From positions 694,084 through 758,083 of the forward strand of contig JBCCHT010000001.1 of the NCBI GenBank assembly GCA_039028615.1: a stretch of 64,000 bases of DNA. Direction: 5' to 3'. Source of the DNA: Myxococcota bacterium (GTDB lineage: Bacteria; Myxococcota_A; Polyangia; Nannocystales; Nannocystaceae). Numbering within the stretch: position 1 is the first letter of the stretch; every line of letters starts with the position of its first letter. This document shows, piece by piece, positions 62,407-64,000 of this stretch. The translations under genes and the position numbers were made by a program. A model generated the notes under the pieces. The model was not told the origin of the DNA. It saw nothing but the letters and a program-made list of their open reading frames with translations, and searched no databases.

Positions 62407-63396
62407 TCAGAAGCGCAGGGTCTCGCCGATCGCGGGTACGAAACGGCGAGACTCGGGCAACGCATGGGCCTCCCACGCGCGCCGCAGCGCCAGCGGGGGC
62501 TCGTCGAGCGCTTCATCGGTGAGCCGAAACGTGCCCCAGTGCATGGCGATGAAGCGCTCTGCGCCCAGCGCCTCGAAGGCCTGCACCGCGTCTTCCGGGT
62601 TCATGTGCTGCGTCTTCATGAACCAGCGCGGCTCGTAGGCACCGATCGGCAGCATGGCGGCATGGATGGTGCCCACCCGGCGGCCGATCTCCGCGAAGCC
62701 GTCGAACCACGCCGTGTCGCCCGAGTGATAGACCCTCGCCCCGCCTCGCTCGAGCACATAGCCACCCCACAGCGAGTCGTTTTCATCGAAGAGACCGCGG
62801 CGACTCCAGTGCTGCGCGGGCACGAAGGTCACCTGCACGCCCTCGACCTCGCGTTGCTCCCACCAGTCCATCTCGACCACGCGTGAAAAGCCCGCCTTCT
62901 GAAACCACGCGGCCAGCCCCTTGGGCACCACGTACACCGGCTCGGGCCCCAGGCGCTTCAAGGACGGCGCGTCCATGTGGTCGCGATGGTTGTGGGTGAT
63001 GAGCACGACGTCGATCTTGGGAAGGTCTGCGGGCATCACCCCCGGGGGCACGTTGCGCGGGATCGTGGCGAGTCGCGAGGAGAACACCGGATCGAGGATG
63101 AGAGTGCGCCCACCGAGCTGAACCAGGTACGTCGCGTGCCCGACCCAGGTCAGCGTCAGCTCGGAGGGCGAACGCAGGGCTCGACCATCGTTGGGGACGA
63201 CGGGCACCGCCACCGGACCGCGGGGCGCCGGCTTGGGACCATCGTGCAGCCCCAGCTTCCACTTGAGCACCGTCCCGAGGTGGTGAGGATTCACGCTGCC
63301 ATCGACGTTCTTGAACCGAACCACGGAGTCTTGAATTACTCGCCGACCGCCCGTGCTCGCAAGTGAGCACGCTTGGGCCTTGATGCCGCCGGTCAC
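62407..63396 (-). CDS. MBL-fold metallo-hydrolase (NAPE-PLD/RomA-like)
   Basis: WVGHAT, DPVFS, THNHRDHMD, PAQHWSRR, GDT, PIGAYEPRW, HWGTF; the start may be GTG 63324. Confidence 0.9.
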   Translation of the reverse strand: MTGGIKAQACSLASTGGRRVIQDSVVRFKNVDGSVNPHHLGTVLKWKLGLHDGPKPAPRGPVAVPVVPNDGRALRSPSELTLTWVGHATYLVQLGGRTLILDPVFSSRLATIPRNVPPGVMPADLPKIDVVLITHNHRDHMDAPSLKRLGPEPVYVVPKGLAAWFQKAGFSRVVEMDWWEQREVEGVQVTFVPAQHWSRRGLFDENDSLWGGYVLERGGARVYHSGDTAWFDGFAEIGRRVGTIHAAMLPIGAYEPRWFMKTQHMNPEDAVQAFEALGAERFIAMHWGTFRLTDEALDEPPLALRRAWEAHALPESRRFVPAIGETLRF

Positions 63397-63413
63397 TCTG
63401 CTAGCGTCGGGGC

Positions 63414-63893
63414 ATGGACTTGAAGACCATTGGCTTGCTCTGCAGTTTCACCGGCCTGCTCTGCGCATGTGGCGACGATGCCGGCGACGAGACCTCCAAC
63501 ACCTCGGTGGCGATGACCACCACCGAGGGTGAAACCGACAACGGCACGGCCGGCACCACCGACAACGGCACCGCCGGCACCCCGGGTGAAACCGACAACG
63601 GCACCGCGGGCACGAGCGACACCGAGGGCGGCGAGACCAGCCAGCCCGGCGACACCACCTCGGACGAGGAGACCACGGGTTCGGGCGCAGAGGTCTGCGA
63701 CACCTGTGACCCCGCGACCGAGTACTGCTTCGAGAGCATCATCGACGGCCCGTCGATCTTCGACTGCCGCGAGATCCCGAAGGAGTGCACCAAGGACCCG
63801 ACCTGCGATTGCATCTCGCCGATCGCCTGCCCCGAGTCGCTGCAGGCGTGCATCGACGAGGAGCCCGTGCTCGTCGAGTGCGTCGAGGGCTGA
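63414..63893 (+). CDS. Cys-rich lipoprotein with TDNGTAGT repeats
   Basis: LCAC lipobox; TDNGTAGT three times; C-terminal Cys-rich domain. Confidence 0.8.
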   Translation: MDLKTIGLLCSFTGLLCACGDDAGDETSNTSVAMTTTEGETDNGTAGTTDNGTAGTPGETDNGTAGTSDTEGGETSQPGDTTSDEETTGSGAEVCDTCDPATEYCFESIIDGPSIFDCREIPKECTKDPTCDCISPIACPESLQACIDEEPVLVECVEG

Positions 63894-63947
63894 GCCCCGT
63901 CCCGCCCGGGTGCGGAATATCCCTTTGCACTCGGGCGTCCGTCGGGC

Positions 63948-64000
63948 ATGCGCTTGCCCATCGTGCTGCTGCTGACGGCCCTCGGGTGCGCGGCGGAAAG
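63948..64000 (+). CDS. Start of a lipoprotein (truncated by the window end)
   Basis: MRLPIVLLLTALGCAAE with LGC lipobox. Confidence 0.5.
   Translation, partial: MRLPIVLLLTALGCAAE

Noticed and set aside
63526..63615. Direct repeats near the window end
   Set aside because: Coding repeats (TDNGTAGT) in a lipoprotein linker, not an array or mobile element end.

Overview
High-GC DNA that looks myxobacterial, most like Nannocystaceae. The evidence is many lipoproteins with Ser/Thr/Gly/Asp-rich linkers, Myxococcus-type Cys-rich repeats, a MYXO-CTERM protein, an ECF sigma/Ser-Thr kinase pair and a DUF1592/DUF1552 pair; the taxonomy is inferred. Housekeeping genes: speA, ettA, kynU, metF, a cyclophilin, birA, nadC, dnaG and rpoD. 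The main finding is a compact divergent RiPP-like cluster at 38121-45632. On the minus strand it has three tandem 52-60 aa precursor peptides with a conserved 17-aa double-glycine leader and a conserved CxC core. These sit downstream of a SelO/MchC-like pseudokinase-fold enzyme and an unknown HDxxH metalloprotein. On the plus strand it has a C39 peptidase ABC exporter flanked by two periplasmic adaptors. I recognise no canonical RiPP maturase (LanB/C/M, YcaO, radical SAM, DUF692, ATP-grasp) in the cluster, so it may be an undescribed peptide-modification class. Secondary findings include a LETM1-like/EF-hand/GYF_2 protein, an XRE-STAND-TPR protein, an orphan amidoligase and a shared intergenic A-tract motif. 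No rRNA, tRNA, CRISPR array or mobile element was seen. All family calls come from motif recognition by eye, not from database searches.
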